From assembly GCA_964234715.1 (NCBI GenBank), contig OZ174276.1: a DNA stretch of 64,000 nucleotides. The stretch is one strand, 5' to 3'. The position numbers were made by a program, and so were the translations under genes. Positions 51,301 to 62,257 of this stretch are shown piece after piece; the stretch's first letter is position 1, and every line of letters begins with the position of its first letter. The notes under the pieces were generated by a model. That model was not told where the DNA came from and searched no databases. It worked only from the letters and a program-made list of their open reading frames with translations. This stretch comes from Podarcis melisellensis (lineage: Eukaryota).

Positions 51301-54168
51301 ATTAGACTGACTTTAAGAATTCTCTATCTGCTGTTTTTAGCATGAGCAGTACAGTAGTTAGATTTGTGTAATATTAGCCAGTATGTAAGTCACCTGATCT
51401 GAATTTTGAAATGGAAGGAGGCTTTGAAATGGCTGCAGCAATTGCTTTCTGTTAATGTGTTCTGTGCATACTGTCTGCATCCTCGTCTCTATGGCTATTA
51501 CATAACTGCTTTCTAGAAGCCCTGCCGAAGTTAGTCGGAGGTCAAGCTCAGATAATGTGCACAGATGTGGCATAAGCATGTGATGTGAGCAGGCATGACT
51601 AGACCGTGTGATATTCTTTTCTCTTTCTCCCAGCATTTTGCAAAGCAGCTTGCAGAGCAGACTGCTCAGCACTCTGATTCAGACTCTGCACGCTAGCTGT
51701 GGGAGAATGCCTGAAGCTAGGATCTGGTAGCTGTTTAGGTTCAGTGATTTCGCTCCTTTGAGTGGCTTGCTGCAAATCTTTATTTGTAATCTAAAACACA
51801 CAGCTTCAGTATCTGAACTGTTTTCTTCATTATTAGACATATGTTTTGACTTGTCAAGCCCTCCCTTTAAACAATAAAAACATCATCAGCTCTCTGTCTC
51901 TTAGCATTACAGAAAATACTTGTAGGCCAGACCAAAGTGTTATTACCAACTTACCTGAAATCACTGTATGATGTGGTGTTTTAATACTTGCTTTTCCCTC
52001 TGACCTGCAGATGAGATCACCGCTAGCTTTCGCCGCTTTGGCCCTTTGATTGTGGATTGGCCTCACAAGGCTGAAAGCAAGTCCTATTTTCCTCCTAAAG
52101 GTAACACTTAGTATTTTATATGTTCCATTTTGTGTCCCGTCCTTCCTCAGAAGAGCGCAGGTTAACTGTGATCTGGTGACATCTTGTTTCACCTATTGAA
52201 CTTCACAACTGGCTCTCTTGGTTCAAGCCCAACACAATCCACTAAGGCACACAATATTTTCCTATTATGTGGGTGCAGTAAGGTTGTAGATTATGGATTC
52301 TTTTTTTTTTAGTATTATTCTCTGTGCCTTTTGTTTGTTTGAAATTGTTCTTCATTGCTGCTATTGCTCTAAGACCCTGCTGTACTTTGAATACTTTAGT
52401 TGGGCTGTAGATAAGAGTAGTCTATTTAGTCATAGTTTAAGATTATTTTTATTTCTGCTCCCATTCAGTAAATTACTTGGTTTATTTAATCCAGAAACAG
52501 GGAATCTATGGCCTTCCAAATGTTACTGGACTCCAACAGTCATTAGTCCCCCGTTAGCATAGCCAGTGGTCAGGGATAATAGAAGCTGTAGCCCAACATC
52601 TGGGGGGGGGTGTTCAGCTACATTTTACTCAGAGTAGATTCACTGAAATTAATCAGCTTGACTAAGTTATGGCCATTTATTTTAATAGGCCCAGTTTGAA
52701 TTAAACTTGGTTGAATACCATTCCTAGAGAGCCATAGGTTCTCCATCTTTGCTTTAACTTCTCTCCCCTCACCCCCTGTTCCTTGTTCTACTTAAATCTT
52801 TCACTTTGAATGACATAAGCTTATGTGTTACAACATACACTGTATAGGGAGTTTGCCATTGAAGTTGTGGCCAAGAAATGTAGGAAGCTTTGGCTCTTGT
52901 AGCCTGCTCCCACTCTTATTAATAAAAGCAATTTGTTTAGATTAGCGCATTTCCAACTGCTTCTCCAAAAAAATCTTCATATTCCCTCAATATGGGCTAA
53001 GGATTTGTTCATCTCTATGAACAAATTGCGGGGACGCGGGTGGCGCTGTGGGTAAAACCTCAGTGCCTTGGACTTGCTGACCGTAAGGTCGACGGTTCGA
53101 ATCCCCGTGGCGGGGTGAGCTCCCGTCGTTCGGTCCCAGCTCCTGCCCACCTAGCAGTTCGAAAGCGCCCCTAAGTGCAAGTAGATAAATAGGTACCGCT
53201 TTATAGCGGGAAGGTAAACAGCGTTTCCGTGTGCTGCGCTGGTGCTGGCTCGCCAGAGCAGCTTCGTCACGCTGGCCACCTGACCCGGAAGTGTCTTCGG
53301 ACGGTACTGGCTCCCGGCCTCTTGAGCGAGATGAGCGCGCAACCCTAGAGTCGGTCACGACTGGTCCGTACGGGCAGGGGTACCTTTACCTTTATGGTCT
53401 TTTTCTTGGTTATGTGGAGCCTAAGTAGATAACTTCAACGCTCTGAATCTCACAGAATTTTTGCAATGCTTGCCTCTGTTTCTTTATTTACATAGGATAT
53501 GCATTTTTGCTGTTCCAAGATGAAAGCTCTGTGCAGGCTTTGATTGATGCATGTATTGAAGAGGATGGAAAACTCTATCTGTGTGTTTCCAGTCCCACAA
53601 TTAAAGACAAACCGGTAAGTGGAATTGTCAGGTATGTGTAATTTGGAAGAAGATGGACACAGAAATTGGGCGCATAAGTGCTACATTTTCACAAGGCATA
53701 GGTTGGCAATACATGCTTTCTTTCTACGTGAGCACATACTACCATTATTTTTCAATAAATGTGCACTATTCTTTGGGTTAGGGTCAAGATAATTATTCCA
53801 GAATATAGAATAGTAGGCATTAGGCCAAACCTGGCTAGTCTTTACTAACCTGATTTGGGGCCAAATCCCACATTTTTCATATCTGATCTCCAGCATAACC
53901 CCATCTCCAAAGAGACCCTCCTATTCTATGACCCACTTAATATATTTTCTCACAAGCGGAGATCTAACTCCCACTTCAGTATGAATCCAAACATGTCTTC
54001 AAATAGACTTCAATGGGCCTTGCTATAACTATCAACCAGCTGACTGGAGGTTACAACAAGATGCTTTACAGTTGCCTGGATGTGGCTCTTTATGTGTTCT
54101 AGGGAAACGCTGAGGACTAGCCCATTTGTCACAAGTAATGCACTCGTGTGTGTGTGTGCCTGCGCGCG

Positions 54169-54213
<45 letters not shown>

Positions 54214-57200
54214 CACCCCCCTCCCCTCAGTCCTTCACTTCTGAATACTTTAATGTGTGGACAGAGGTTTGTTGTGATGACTGAGCCATATCTGAGTAAA
54301 GGACATGGTGGTTCATCTTTCTTAGACGTGTGGACTGTGCAAGCTGCTTCCTTGAGGAGTGCCCTTTCTCCACCCTGGTAGCCTATTTTGCTCCTGCTTC
54401 AGAAATTCCATATGTGAAACCTGGCTTTGTTATTGCTTGACTAGATAAGAATGATTGCTAGGAAAGTAGCCTCTAAAATCCCATGGATGTGACATGCAGG
54501 AAACACTGTTGTTGTAACATCTTAATGATGTGCATGCTGCAGGGCAGGGTGGTGGTGGGATAATTCGACTGTCAACTTGAATTGTGAGTGGTAAAGTCTC
54601 ATCTTCTGCTTGTAGGTTCAAATCCGGCCTTGGAATCTTAGCGATAGTGACTTTGTGATGGATGGCTCACAGCCTCTAGATCCGCGGAAAACCATTTTTG
54701 TAGGAGGAGTTCCACGACCCTTACGGGCAGGTATGGTATGCAAAAACAAGTGCAGTGGCTCGTTGATTCTGTCCAAGCTGCCTTACTGCTGTGAGAGAAC
54801 ATTGTGTCCTTATTTCTATTGTAGAAGTATGCCAGTGCTTGCTAAATTTAACTTTTGCTGACACTCCAATTATTTCCAGATAGAAGAGTACAAATAAACA
54901 TGCTTTTGCCCAGGGTCTAGAAAGAGAAGTTATGTATATAAAATATCTGGGTAAATCGTTTGTTACTACTTTATTTTAGTGGAGCTTGCAATGATAATGG
55001 ACCGGCTGTATGGAGGAGTTTGCTATGCTGGAATTGACACAGATCCTGAGCTGAAGTACCCAAAAGGAGCTGGGCGTGTTGCATTTTCTAATCAACAGAG
55101 TTACATAGCTGCTATCAGTGCCCGCTTTGTTCAGCTGCAACATGGAGAGATAGATAAACGGGTAAGGGCTAGAGCACATTCTGTGTATTACTCAGCATTA
55201 TTTCATGGGTTTATTTCCATATAAGTGCCCGTGTGTGGCAGGAGAAAATGTTGTCTTAAATGGAAAATATTATCTTCCCTGTATTCCTAGCATACATGCA
55301 TAAAAAAGCCATACCAGACACAAAAAAGCTATACCACAAAGCCCCCCATCATCCCAGAGATCCGGAGGTGGGGGGATCTAGTTTAACATTGGCTTTTTAA
55401 TGCCTTCTGGCACCTTCTAAAACTGTTGTTCCCTTCAGAGAAATTTCCTGTAGCACAGCATAAGCCTGTGTTCCTAATGTTATCCTGTTACCTCTGCATG
55501 ACTTGCTTTGCTGTTGGCCTCTTTTTCACCCCTGCCTATGTGCTGGAAGTAGAATGGTCAATTGGTTTATGACAGTAGAATGCAAACTGCTGCACTATTT
55601 GCATTCATTTCTACAGAATTTGTGTGAGTCTCTCCGAGTCCTGTTTTAATTCAGTGCAGGTTACACAGCAACAATATGCAATCATCATTTTATGTTGATG
55701 TTAGTGCTGGCTTCTTAATAACATATGTTCACAGCACATGCCAACAAAAGCAAAAATAGCTTTGCCACAAATGTCCATATTTCCCTGTATGTAGCTCATT
55801 GTCATCCTTCCTTCATTCGCCAAACCTTTATTAGGCATTACAAATATAGGCCATCATAAAACATCCACATATAAACTTTTAAAATATATACAAATAAACA
55901 GCCATTTAAAAATATGTAATAATGAGAATTTTTGTTGGAGTTTCTTCCTGCTAAATAGTGCTATTCACCACCCTGAGAGATACTATTGATAAAAACTCAG
56001 CCACCCTTGCAGTTACTTCTGGGTTAATGTCGGACACATATTTTCTGATATTTTCATTGTGCTGTGTCATTCACATGGTGAGGAAGAAAGAGTTAGGATT
56101 AAGGAACAGGCAGTATTTTGTTGTGGTGTAAGATCTTGTGAGCCAGCTCTGTCACTGTTTGTATTGTTTTAGCCATTTTACATGTTTTCTTCTGGGGTTT
56201 TGTGACTCAGCAATTTGAAAACCATGATTTACTTGATTGAATTTTTAGGGAGAAAAAGCAAATTGTGCATATTGTGCATATTGATTTGTGGTGGCTGGTC
56301 CTTCTCCGAGTTTAGAAGAGCTGTCATGTTTCAATTTCTCATACACAGTAATGGCATACAGGTTAGATTTACTGTTGCTAGCAAAAGGTACCTGAAATCT
56401 GAGCAGGAAATGAAAACATTCCTGTTCATGTCCTCCAGCAGATTTAGGCATATGCAGATCCTTTCTAGACTGAGTCCCCTTTGCAGAAAAGCCGTCCCCC
56501 TTGCTGGATTTCCATGTCCAGAATCTGCATCTGTGTGTGCACTTCCCCCTTGGGGAATGGAGCCACAGATGCAAGTCAAACTCACCACTTTTGCACAATC
56601 AGATCCCAGTTTAATAAACTAGGATATGTCCTTTGCTGTCACTTTGTTCTACTCTTCACATGAGTGGCAAAAACAGACCATGGTTTCCTGTTACATGTGA
56701 AGCAGGGACTATGACTAATGACTTCCAAACAAGCCAGATTTGCAAGACAGCTTCCGATGCAGCCACTGTCAGTTTTAACAGCACCAGTCATCTAAGAGGA
56801 GTGTCCTCCCCCCCTGAGGGAGGAAATCTAAATTTAGACCCCTTCAGTAGGGGCTACCACAGTTTGTGATAGCAGTGACACCCATTTGTTTGGCAAATCC
56901 AGACAATCAGTGTGTACTGTAGTCAGTGAAGATATCTGGATCGTGTTGTGCCTCTCTTTTTGTGTGAAAATCTAGACTTTGACATTTGTAAGTATTTAAT
57001 GCTCTCTCAATCTCTCTCTCACACACGTTTTTATAAAACTCAATTTAAAACAAATATCACTACAGCCTCTGAAATATATTTCTGTCTAAAACATATTCAA
57101 TGAAATAAGGAGTTGTTTATTCACACTTCTTAACATTGGTTAGGAAACAGTGCTGTTCAACATTCAAATATTTTTAAAATCCTTGAAACGGTGCAAAAAG

Positions 57201-59000
57201 ACAAGATGACACAAGATCCATGATTGGACTGACCCCCTTTTTAATAGTAAATTTAGTTGGTGGAATGAACTGAATCAGGCAGTGGAGGGAACATTGGTTT
57301 TTTTAAGCATCTCTTCCCCTCCCTATTTGCATGAGTGGACTGGCGGACATTCGTTAACTAGAGGAATTATCCTGTTAACCGAATGTCTGCCAGTCCACTC
57401 TTCAAACAGAAATTCATGGTAAGACCAATTTCCTTCCTTTTCCCACTTCAGATTGTTCCCCTAATACTACCATCAGCCTGACATATGGCTATTGTATGTT
57501 TTGCTCTGCATGGCAAATAATCCAAATTGCTCCCCCCCACTCCACACATAGCTATTAAGAAAATGGGGGCGGGGGGAGAATTAAAGCCTTTTCCCCCTGT
57601 GCTGTATTTCAGATCCAAATCAGGCCTTTTAAAATAAAACCAACAATCCTGAAGAGATCCAATCACAGATATCCCTTCTTGTGTTGTTTCCATGGTCTCT
57701 TCCCAGTAGTGAGGCTTAAGCAAATATTAAATGGTTTTATTTCAGCAAAACTCCTCAATCACTTGATCTTATGGGGCACCTCAGTAACTTTAATTAAAAA
57801 ATACTTTCATATGTTCAAAATTGACTTGACATGCTGCCAGTTAGGAACAAATACTTTTTTAACCAGCAACGCAGAACTCCCCCAATATGATACTTTGATC
57901 AAACATTTCAGCACAATCAAAATCCCCTTTCCTTTCTCCCTTGCCAAATTATTGCCTTACACATCACTTACATAATGGTGTGTCTTGTATAAAACGAAAC
58001 AAATTCTTAACATGTGCAAGCATCCTAAAAATTACTGGGGGGGGGGGAACTTCTGTAGGTTTCCATGGTGTCTCTTAGCATGCTGCCAAAGATATGGTGA
58101 TGACCACTAGCCTGGATTGCTTTAAAAGAGGGTTCGGCAAATTGATAGATAACTTTAAGCATCAATTAGTAAAATATTTTTTATTAATAATAATAGCAGT
58201 AGCAGTTGTATTTTCATCCTGCTCTTCCTCCAAGGATCTCAGGGCAGCATATATGCTTCCTCTCTCGCACCCTCAATTTTATCCTCACAGCATCCCTGTG
58301 AGCTAGGTTAGACTCAAAGAAGATGACTTGTGCACAATTACTCAGTAAGCTTTATGCCTCAGTGGAAATTAGAAACCATTTCTCTGAGGATCTAGTCTAG
58401 AACTCTGACCACTGTGTCACATTCCACATTCAGAGACCTACAGGTATAGGACAGTATACAAATTTTAATAATAGTAATAAAATAACCTTCATAATTAATA
58501 AACAACTTATGAAAACCAAATTACTGGTGGACATATAACAAGGGAAAGCTATAGCCTTCCTGTCCTGTTTGTAGGTTTCTTGGAGGTATCTGGTTATCCA
58601 TTGCTGGCAACAGGATGCCCGGCTAGTTGGATCCTTGCTCTGCTCCAGTTGAGGTTTTCTTAAGGCACAGTGGAATATTCATTGAGGCATCTGCATTAAC
58701 AGTTAGATTGCAGTAATCTACACAGAAGACACTCTAGCAGTGTAAACTTTCTCTCTCCTTCTTTTAACACAGGTGGAAGTTAAGCCATATGTCTTGGATG
58801 ATCAGCTGTGTGATGAATGTCAGGGGGCCCGTTGTGGTGGAAAATTCGCTCCATTTTTCTGTGCTAACGTTACCTGTCTGCAGTATTACTGTGAATATTG
58901 CTGGGCTGCTATCCATTCACGTGCTGGCAGGGAATTCCACAAGCCCCTGGTGAAAGAGGGAGGAGATCGCCCGAGACATATTTCATTCCGCTGGAATTAA
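14258..59000 (+). CDS. CPEB4: Cytoplasmic polyadenylation element-binding protein 4, spliced CDS: join(14258..15382,28151..28232,46261..46284,49943..50116,52011..52100,53496..53614,54616..54730,54980..55161,58773..59000); 712 aa
   Basis: Starts MGDYGFGVLVQ and ends GGDRPRHISFRWN*, both characteristic of CPEB4. All junctions are GT-AG with consistent phase; exon lengths 1125+82+24+174+90+119+115+182+228=2139 nt. Confidence 0.97.
21728..21771. repeat. Alternating purine-pyrimidine GT/CG/CA tract
   Basis: gtgtgtgtgtgtgcgtgcgcgcgcatgtgtgcgcacacccacac. Confidence 0.8.
22833..23193 (+). mobile_element. Sauria SINE, full length (intron 1)
   Basis: Nearly identical to the 1146-1510 copy; ACCTTT tail. 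Confidence 0.9.
28151..28232 (+). CDS. CPEB4: CPEB4 exon 2 (82 nt, DRTRTFDMHSLENSLIDIMRAESDSLK-G)
   Basis: Acceptor ttttacttgcag|GATCGC, donor AAAG|gtaaac. Translation matches the CPEB2/3/4 FDMHSLEnSLIDIMRAE motif; too short for the ORF track. Confidence 0.95.
30171..30695. mobile_element. Tc1/mariner (Tigger/pogo-like) non-autonomous DNA transposon, one end only, GC-rich nested palindromes
   Basis: TA followed by CAGTGGTGCCTCGC terminus; internal inverted repeats; no matching right TIR seen. Confidence 0.7.
30971..31077. mobile_element. Degenerate copy of the hAT-type MITE family
   Basis: CAGGGATGGAGAAC...CCCTCCAGATG...GGGATGATGGG...TCTCATCCCTG resembles 35934-36069. Confidence 0.6.
31493..31672 (+). 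mobile_element. tRNA-derived squamate SINE (Squam3-like)
   Basis: Degenerate tRNA head, ACCCTGGAGAG...TGCCAGT...GTAGACA...CTGAGTTAGATGGA...GGCAGCTTCCT body; family name recalled from memory. Confidence 0.65.
32222..33090 (-). mobile_element. CR1-like LINE 3' fragment, reverse, with a small SINE-like insert (~32657-32785)
   Basis: AACATAAGAAGAGCCCTGCTGGATCAGA... is the typical reverse CR1 3' end; degenerate ORF2-like sequence follows. Confidence 0.55.
33769..34027. mobile_element. Tc1/mariner-type MITE (259 bp)
   Basis: TA target duplication on both sides; TIRs CCGTATTTTTCCCTCTATAAGAC / GTCTTATAGAGCAAAAAATACGG. Confidence 0.85.
35934..36069. mobile_element. hAT-type palindromic MITE (136 bp) with 8-bp TSD
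   Basis: CAGG...CCTG ends, near-perfect palindrome, TSD CTTTTGAT at 35926-35933 and 36070-36077. Confidence 0.88.
37432..37627 (-). mobile_element. Squam3-like SINE, reverse
   Basis: Reverse complement of the same body and head (ACATAGGAGGC...CTAGCTCAGTA...CCTGGAGATGC...TGCATGCAAGGCAGAT). Confidence 0.65.
38297..38357. repeat. Three tandem copies of ATCACACACTTCTATCT
   Basis: Units at 38297, 38317 and 38341. Confidence 0.85.
42352..42540 (-). mobile_element. Degenerate Squam3-like SINE, reverse
   Basis: GAAGCTGCCTTA...CAGACCATTGGTC...GGGATCAAACCTGGGGAC; similar remnants at ~6411-6480 and ~9641-9792. Confidence 0.5.
46196..46215. repeat. (AT)n microsatellite just upstream of the microexon branch point region
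   Basis: atatatatatatatatatat followed by ttaac. Confidence 0.85.
46261..46284 (+). CDS. CPEB4: CPEB4 24-nt microexon (mammalian exon 4; ARTYGRRR)
   Basis: ttttcttctcatttgacatgcag|CAAGGACATATGGGAGAAGGCGAG|gtaaca; phase 1-1, reads (G)CA AGG ACA TAT GGG AGA AGG CGA G. Confidence 0.93.
46894..46980 (-). mobile_element. LINE (L2-like) 3' end with (AAT)n tail
   Basis: (AAT)n run then CCATCTGATTGGATTGCCCCAGCCACTCTGGGCAGCTCCCAA. Confidence 0.5.
49943..50116 (+). CDS. CPEB4: CPEB4 exon 5 (mammalian numbering; GQSSLFPMEDG...KVFVGGLPPDIDE, start of RRM1)
   Basis: ccattgcag|GTCAGTCT ... GATGAAG|gtatac; 174 nt. Confidence 0.96.
52011..52100 (+). CDS. CPEB4: CPEB4 exon 6 (DEITASFRRFGPLIVDWPHKAESKSYFPPK)
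   Basis: gacctgcag|ATGAGATC ... CCTAAAG|gtaaca; 90 nt. Confidence 0.96.
52491..52751. mobile_element. Degenerate hAT-type MITE interrupted by a second palindromic element (~52605-52724)
   Basis: GGGAATCTATGGCCTTCCAAATG ... CAACATCTGG, then an insert, then AGAGCCATAGGTTCTCC closing arm. Confidence 0.5.
53028..53394 (+). mobile_element. Sauria SINE, different subfamily (intron upstream of exon 7)
   Basis: Same head/B box/ACCTTT tail architecture, with many diagnostic differences from the other two copies. Confidence 0.88.
53496..53614 (+). CDS. CPEB4: CPEB4 exon 7 (GYAFLLFQDESSVQALIDACIEEDGKLYLCVSSPTIKDKP)
   Basis: tttacatag|GATATGCA ... AAACCG|gtaagt; 119 nt. Confidence 0.96.
54146..54210. 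repeat. Compound (GT)n-(CG)n-(CA)n microsatellite
   Basis: Read directly from the sequence. Confidence 0.9.
54616..54730 (+). CDS. CPEB4: CPEB4 exon 8 (VQIRPWNLSDSDFVMDGSQPLDPRKTIFVGGVPRPLRA)
   Basis: gcttgtag|GTTCAAATC ... GGGCAG|gtatgg; 115 nt. Confidence 0.96.
54980..55161 (+). CDS. CPEB4: CPEB4 exon 9 (RRM2: VELAMIMDRLYGG...QHGEIDKR)
   Basis: ttattttag|TGGAGCTT ... AAACGG|gtaagg; 182 nt. Confidence 0.96.
58206..58425 (-). mobile_element. MIR/CORE-like SINE, reverse
   Basis: TTTTATCCTCACAGCATCCCTGTGAGCTAGGTTAG core; the same core occurs at ~49095-49165. Confidence 0.5.
58773..59000 (+). CDS. CPEB4: CPEB4 last coding exon (ZZ-type zinc finger, stop TAA)
   Basis: ttttaacacag|GTGGAAGTT; CDECQGARCGGKFAPFFCANVTCLQYYCEYCWAAIH motif; TAA at 58998-59000. 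Confidence 0.97.
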   Translation: MEVKPYVLDDQLCDECQGARCGGKFAPFFCANVTCLQYYCEYCWAAIHSRAGREFHKPLVKEGGDRPRHISFRWN

Positions 59001-59836
59001 GTGATTCCTGCAGCGTGTTCATATGCAGGCCTCAAAATAAGTGCACTCTTCTGTTATCCTGATTCCCATGCCCTCCCTTCCTCTTCTCTCTTATTCAAGA
59101 TAGCATGTCCTACTGTTGTAGTCTGTAACTTAACAATAGTGTAACAAAAGAATGACCTATAATCATATAGGTATTTTGTAGAATCTTGTCATTAAACTGT
59201 ATTGGGAACTGCTATTCATATGGATAACACAGTGCATGGAAACCAGGTTCTCTTACCTTTAGTTACCCGGGGGGACACTGCTTTCCTGCTATCTTTTCTT
59301 GAAGGAAGAGAGAACAATATTAAGAGAAGAGAAATGAAACAATAGAGTATTTTGTTTTTTAATTAAATTATTGCTAATAACAAAATCAATAGAATACTTT
59401 TATGAAAAGTAATCATGAGATAGGAACACTATGAATCTATTCTGACACTTTGTCCAACCCACCCTTCCTTCTCCCCTTCCCTGCCCAAACCTCTGGGAAG
59501 CCTGTTTTCTTGCCGCCTATGATTTTATAGCAATGGAAACAGTTAGCCGTTAACCTAGTAACAGGAAAGAGCATGTTTAAAGCAACAAAAATGCATGAGC
59601 AAGGTTTAAAGCAGCATTAAGTTAAATGTTTTATTTAAGGGTTCCGAAGCTATTTTTTTAGCACAGTACGTGTTTCTCACCGTGCCTCCGACTTCCCACC
59701 ACATTCAAACTTTTACTAATTGAGTAGGCAGAGCTTAGATCTGTGTTCTTCATCCAAGCAATCACATTTTAAAAGTTCCTGAATGTAAATCCTGGGTCAA
59801 TTTACTACTGGGGGTGGGTGGGGAGTGCACTTATTC

Positions 59837-59885
59837 TTTGTTGTTGTTGTTGTTGTTGTTGTTATATTATTATTATTATTATTTT
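59837..59885. repeat. (TTG)n(ATT)n microsatellite in the 3'UTR
   Basis: Read directly from the sequence. Confidence 0.85.
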
Positions 59886-61117
59886 TAAAGAAGAAACTTC
59901 ATTATCAGAATACAGCCCTAGAAATCCTACCAAAGCTAAAGTAATGACAACTAGTGAACTGGCATGTCCTCTCCTGAAGAACAAATGTATAGATTTTATT
60001 TTTGATGGTTATATAGAACTCTATATCCTAATTTACTAATGTTAATCAGGGGCCAGCCTTTGCTCTCCATTTTGACGTGAAATACAAGAACCTAAAGATA
60101 TACCTCAAGATTATGATTTTGATTCCCACCTCCCCTGCCCGCCTCTAAGACACTAGTAATTCATTCTAACCACACAGATCAAAATTTGGCTACTTACTGG
60201 GCTTACTCTGGGATGTAAATGTGTTTTAATCTCTGAATGAAATTGGATCATCAAAAGCATAAGAGGGACAAAGTGAAGTTTGTTTCCAGGGATGTTATGC
60301 ACTGTTGGTTGAATGAATATGCATTGCATATTGGCAAAGAAGAATATGCTTGTCTTTCAGCAGAGAGCAAGTAAGAAAATCTCAATAAATAATTCTTTTT
60401 GGAACTTAGCACAGAAAATAAAGAATTCCAGGGCTCTAATGTACCAACTTGCTGAGAAATGCATGGGTTGTTTGAACCATATAAGTGAGAACACAGTAGA
60501 TGTTAAAGCTAAAGCACAGGGTGGTGTTGGTTAGTTTGATATAGTCACTTGAGCTCTGTAAAGCTGAGAAAATTGATAGGAGTGAATGAGTTCAGTTCTT
60601 AAGAAATGATTTTGTAGCAGTGTGCAAAACAACCCAGTCCATTGGCAATCTGAACTGGCATGGTACCACCATAGACTCTTAAACCAAAGACTTGCCTTAG
60701 CACAGCTACAGACAAAAAAAAGCAAATCTCTTCTGTAAGCCCTCTCCCTCCCCTTTCCTTCCCCCTCCCCAATTATCTTTGAGAAGCAGTTTTGATTTTC
60801 AACACATAAAACATACCTTGTTATTTTCCAAAGGTCAAAATGGAGACATTTGCTGTCTACTCGTCAAGTAGAGAAAGGGAGCTGCTTTTAATGAAATCCC
60901 TGCAAATATTGACAACAGTAAATGCAAATGGAGAGTGCTCTTTTGTAGACTGTCAGGGACCTTTTTCTCTGAAGTACATAATTATAGTTGGAATATTCGT
61001 TTTAATTTTTTTAAATGCTTGTAGGTGGCTTGGGGTGTCTTATTGTGCCGATCCTACCCAGTGAACAGGTGAGATGGGTTACCATTACAAGAAATAACAC
61101 TGTTTGAGAAGTAGCTT

Positions 61118-61465
61118 NNNNNNNNNNNNNNNNNNNNNNNNNNNNNNNNNNNNNNNNNNNNNNNNNNNNNNNNNNNNNNNNNNNNNNNNNNNNNNNNNNN
61201 NNNNNNNNNNNNNNNNNNNNNNNNNNNNNNNNNNNNNNNNNNNNNNNNNNNNNNNNNNNNNNNNNNNNNNNNNNNNNNNNNNNNNNNNNNNNNNNNNNNN
61301 NNNNNNNNNNNNNNNNNNNNNNNNNNNNNNNNNNNNNNNNNNNNNNNNNNNNNNNNNNNNNNNNNNNNNNNNNNNNNNNNNNNNNNNNNNNNNNNNNNNN
61401 NNNNNNNNNNNNNNNNNNNNNNNNNNNNNNNNNNNNNNNNNNNNNNNNNNNNNNNNNNNNNNNNN
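61118..61465. other. Assembly gap (N run)
   Basis: N bases. Confidence 1.
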
Positions 61466-62251
61466 GTGCACTGGCAATGCTATTTTAGAATTTGCAGAGA
61501 AAAGAAAGCATGTTGCTTAAACATCTTTAGCCCAGCACCAGGTATTTGGTGTACATATAATTTAAAAAAAAATACTTATATGTAAAGTTGAGACTTAAAA
61601 AGAAATTTTTAAAAAGCATGAAAGTGACAAATGAGAGAGTTTGTCTTTAGACCCTTGAAATTTAATGCATAAGCATAGAGTAGAAGTTTAAAAGTAACAT
61701 CCCAAATTGTCTACCGCTTCTTAATAGGTTTTTAAAAGTAATACACAAATGCAGATGTTTTTTGGTGAATGTTTAGCCATTTTTAATCTTAACAAATTGA
61801 TGTTAGGTGTTTGCAGAGATGTGTCTGCTCTTTTAAATCATATGTAAGGAAATAAACCCAAGCCTGCCCAGTGGTGGGCATGTAATGTTAGTATGCATGA
61901 CTAATATTAAAAGAAAAATGTTATTCTACTAATATTCACTTGTGGTGATTGTGTGAAAAGCGTGTTTACAGATTATTTGGTTACACTTCAATTTACAGGG
62001 CATAAATGATTATCTATATTACTCTGTACTCTAGATAGTGCTAATATAATATGTCCTTCTGATTACATGGGAGGGTGGAGTTGCCATGTCACTCCAAGCA
62101 TAACTAACATGTAATTAGTTTTAAAATCTTAGGGTATCACTTTATTTAAAGGGGTGTAAACAAGCATGTCATTTTCTCTCACAAGCATGGCACTGGCCAT
62201 GTACTTACAATGTAGTTACAGAGTAATTACATGGTTATTTTTGCAATGTAA

Positions 62252-62257
62252 AATAAA
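62252..62257 (+). terminator. Candidate polyadenylation signal AATAAA
   Basis: AATAAA preceded by TGTA and followed by U/GU-rich sequence (gtgtttctgattattttatatgt). Confidence 0.55.
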
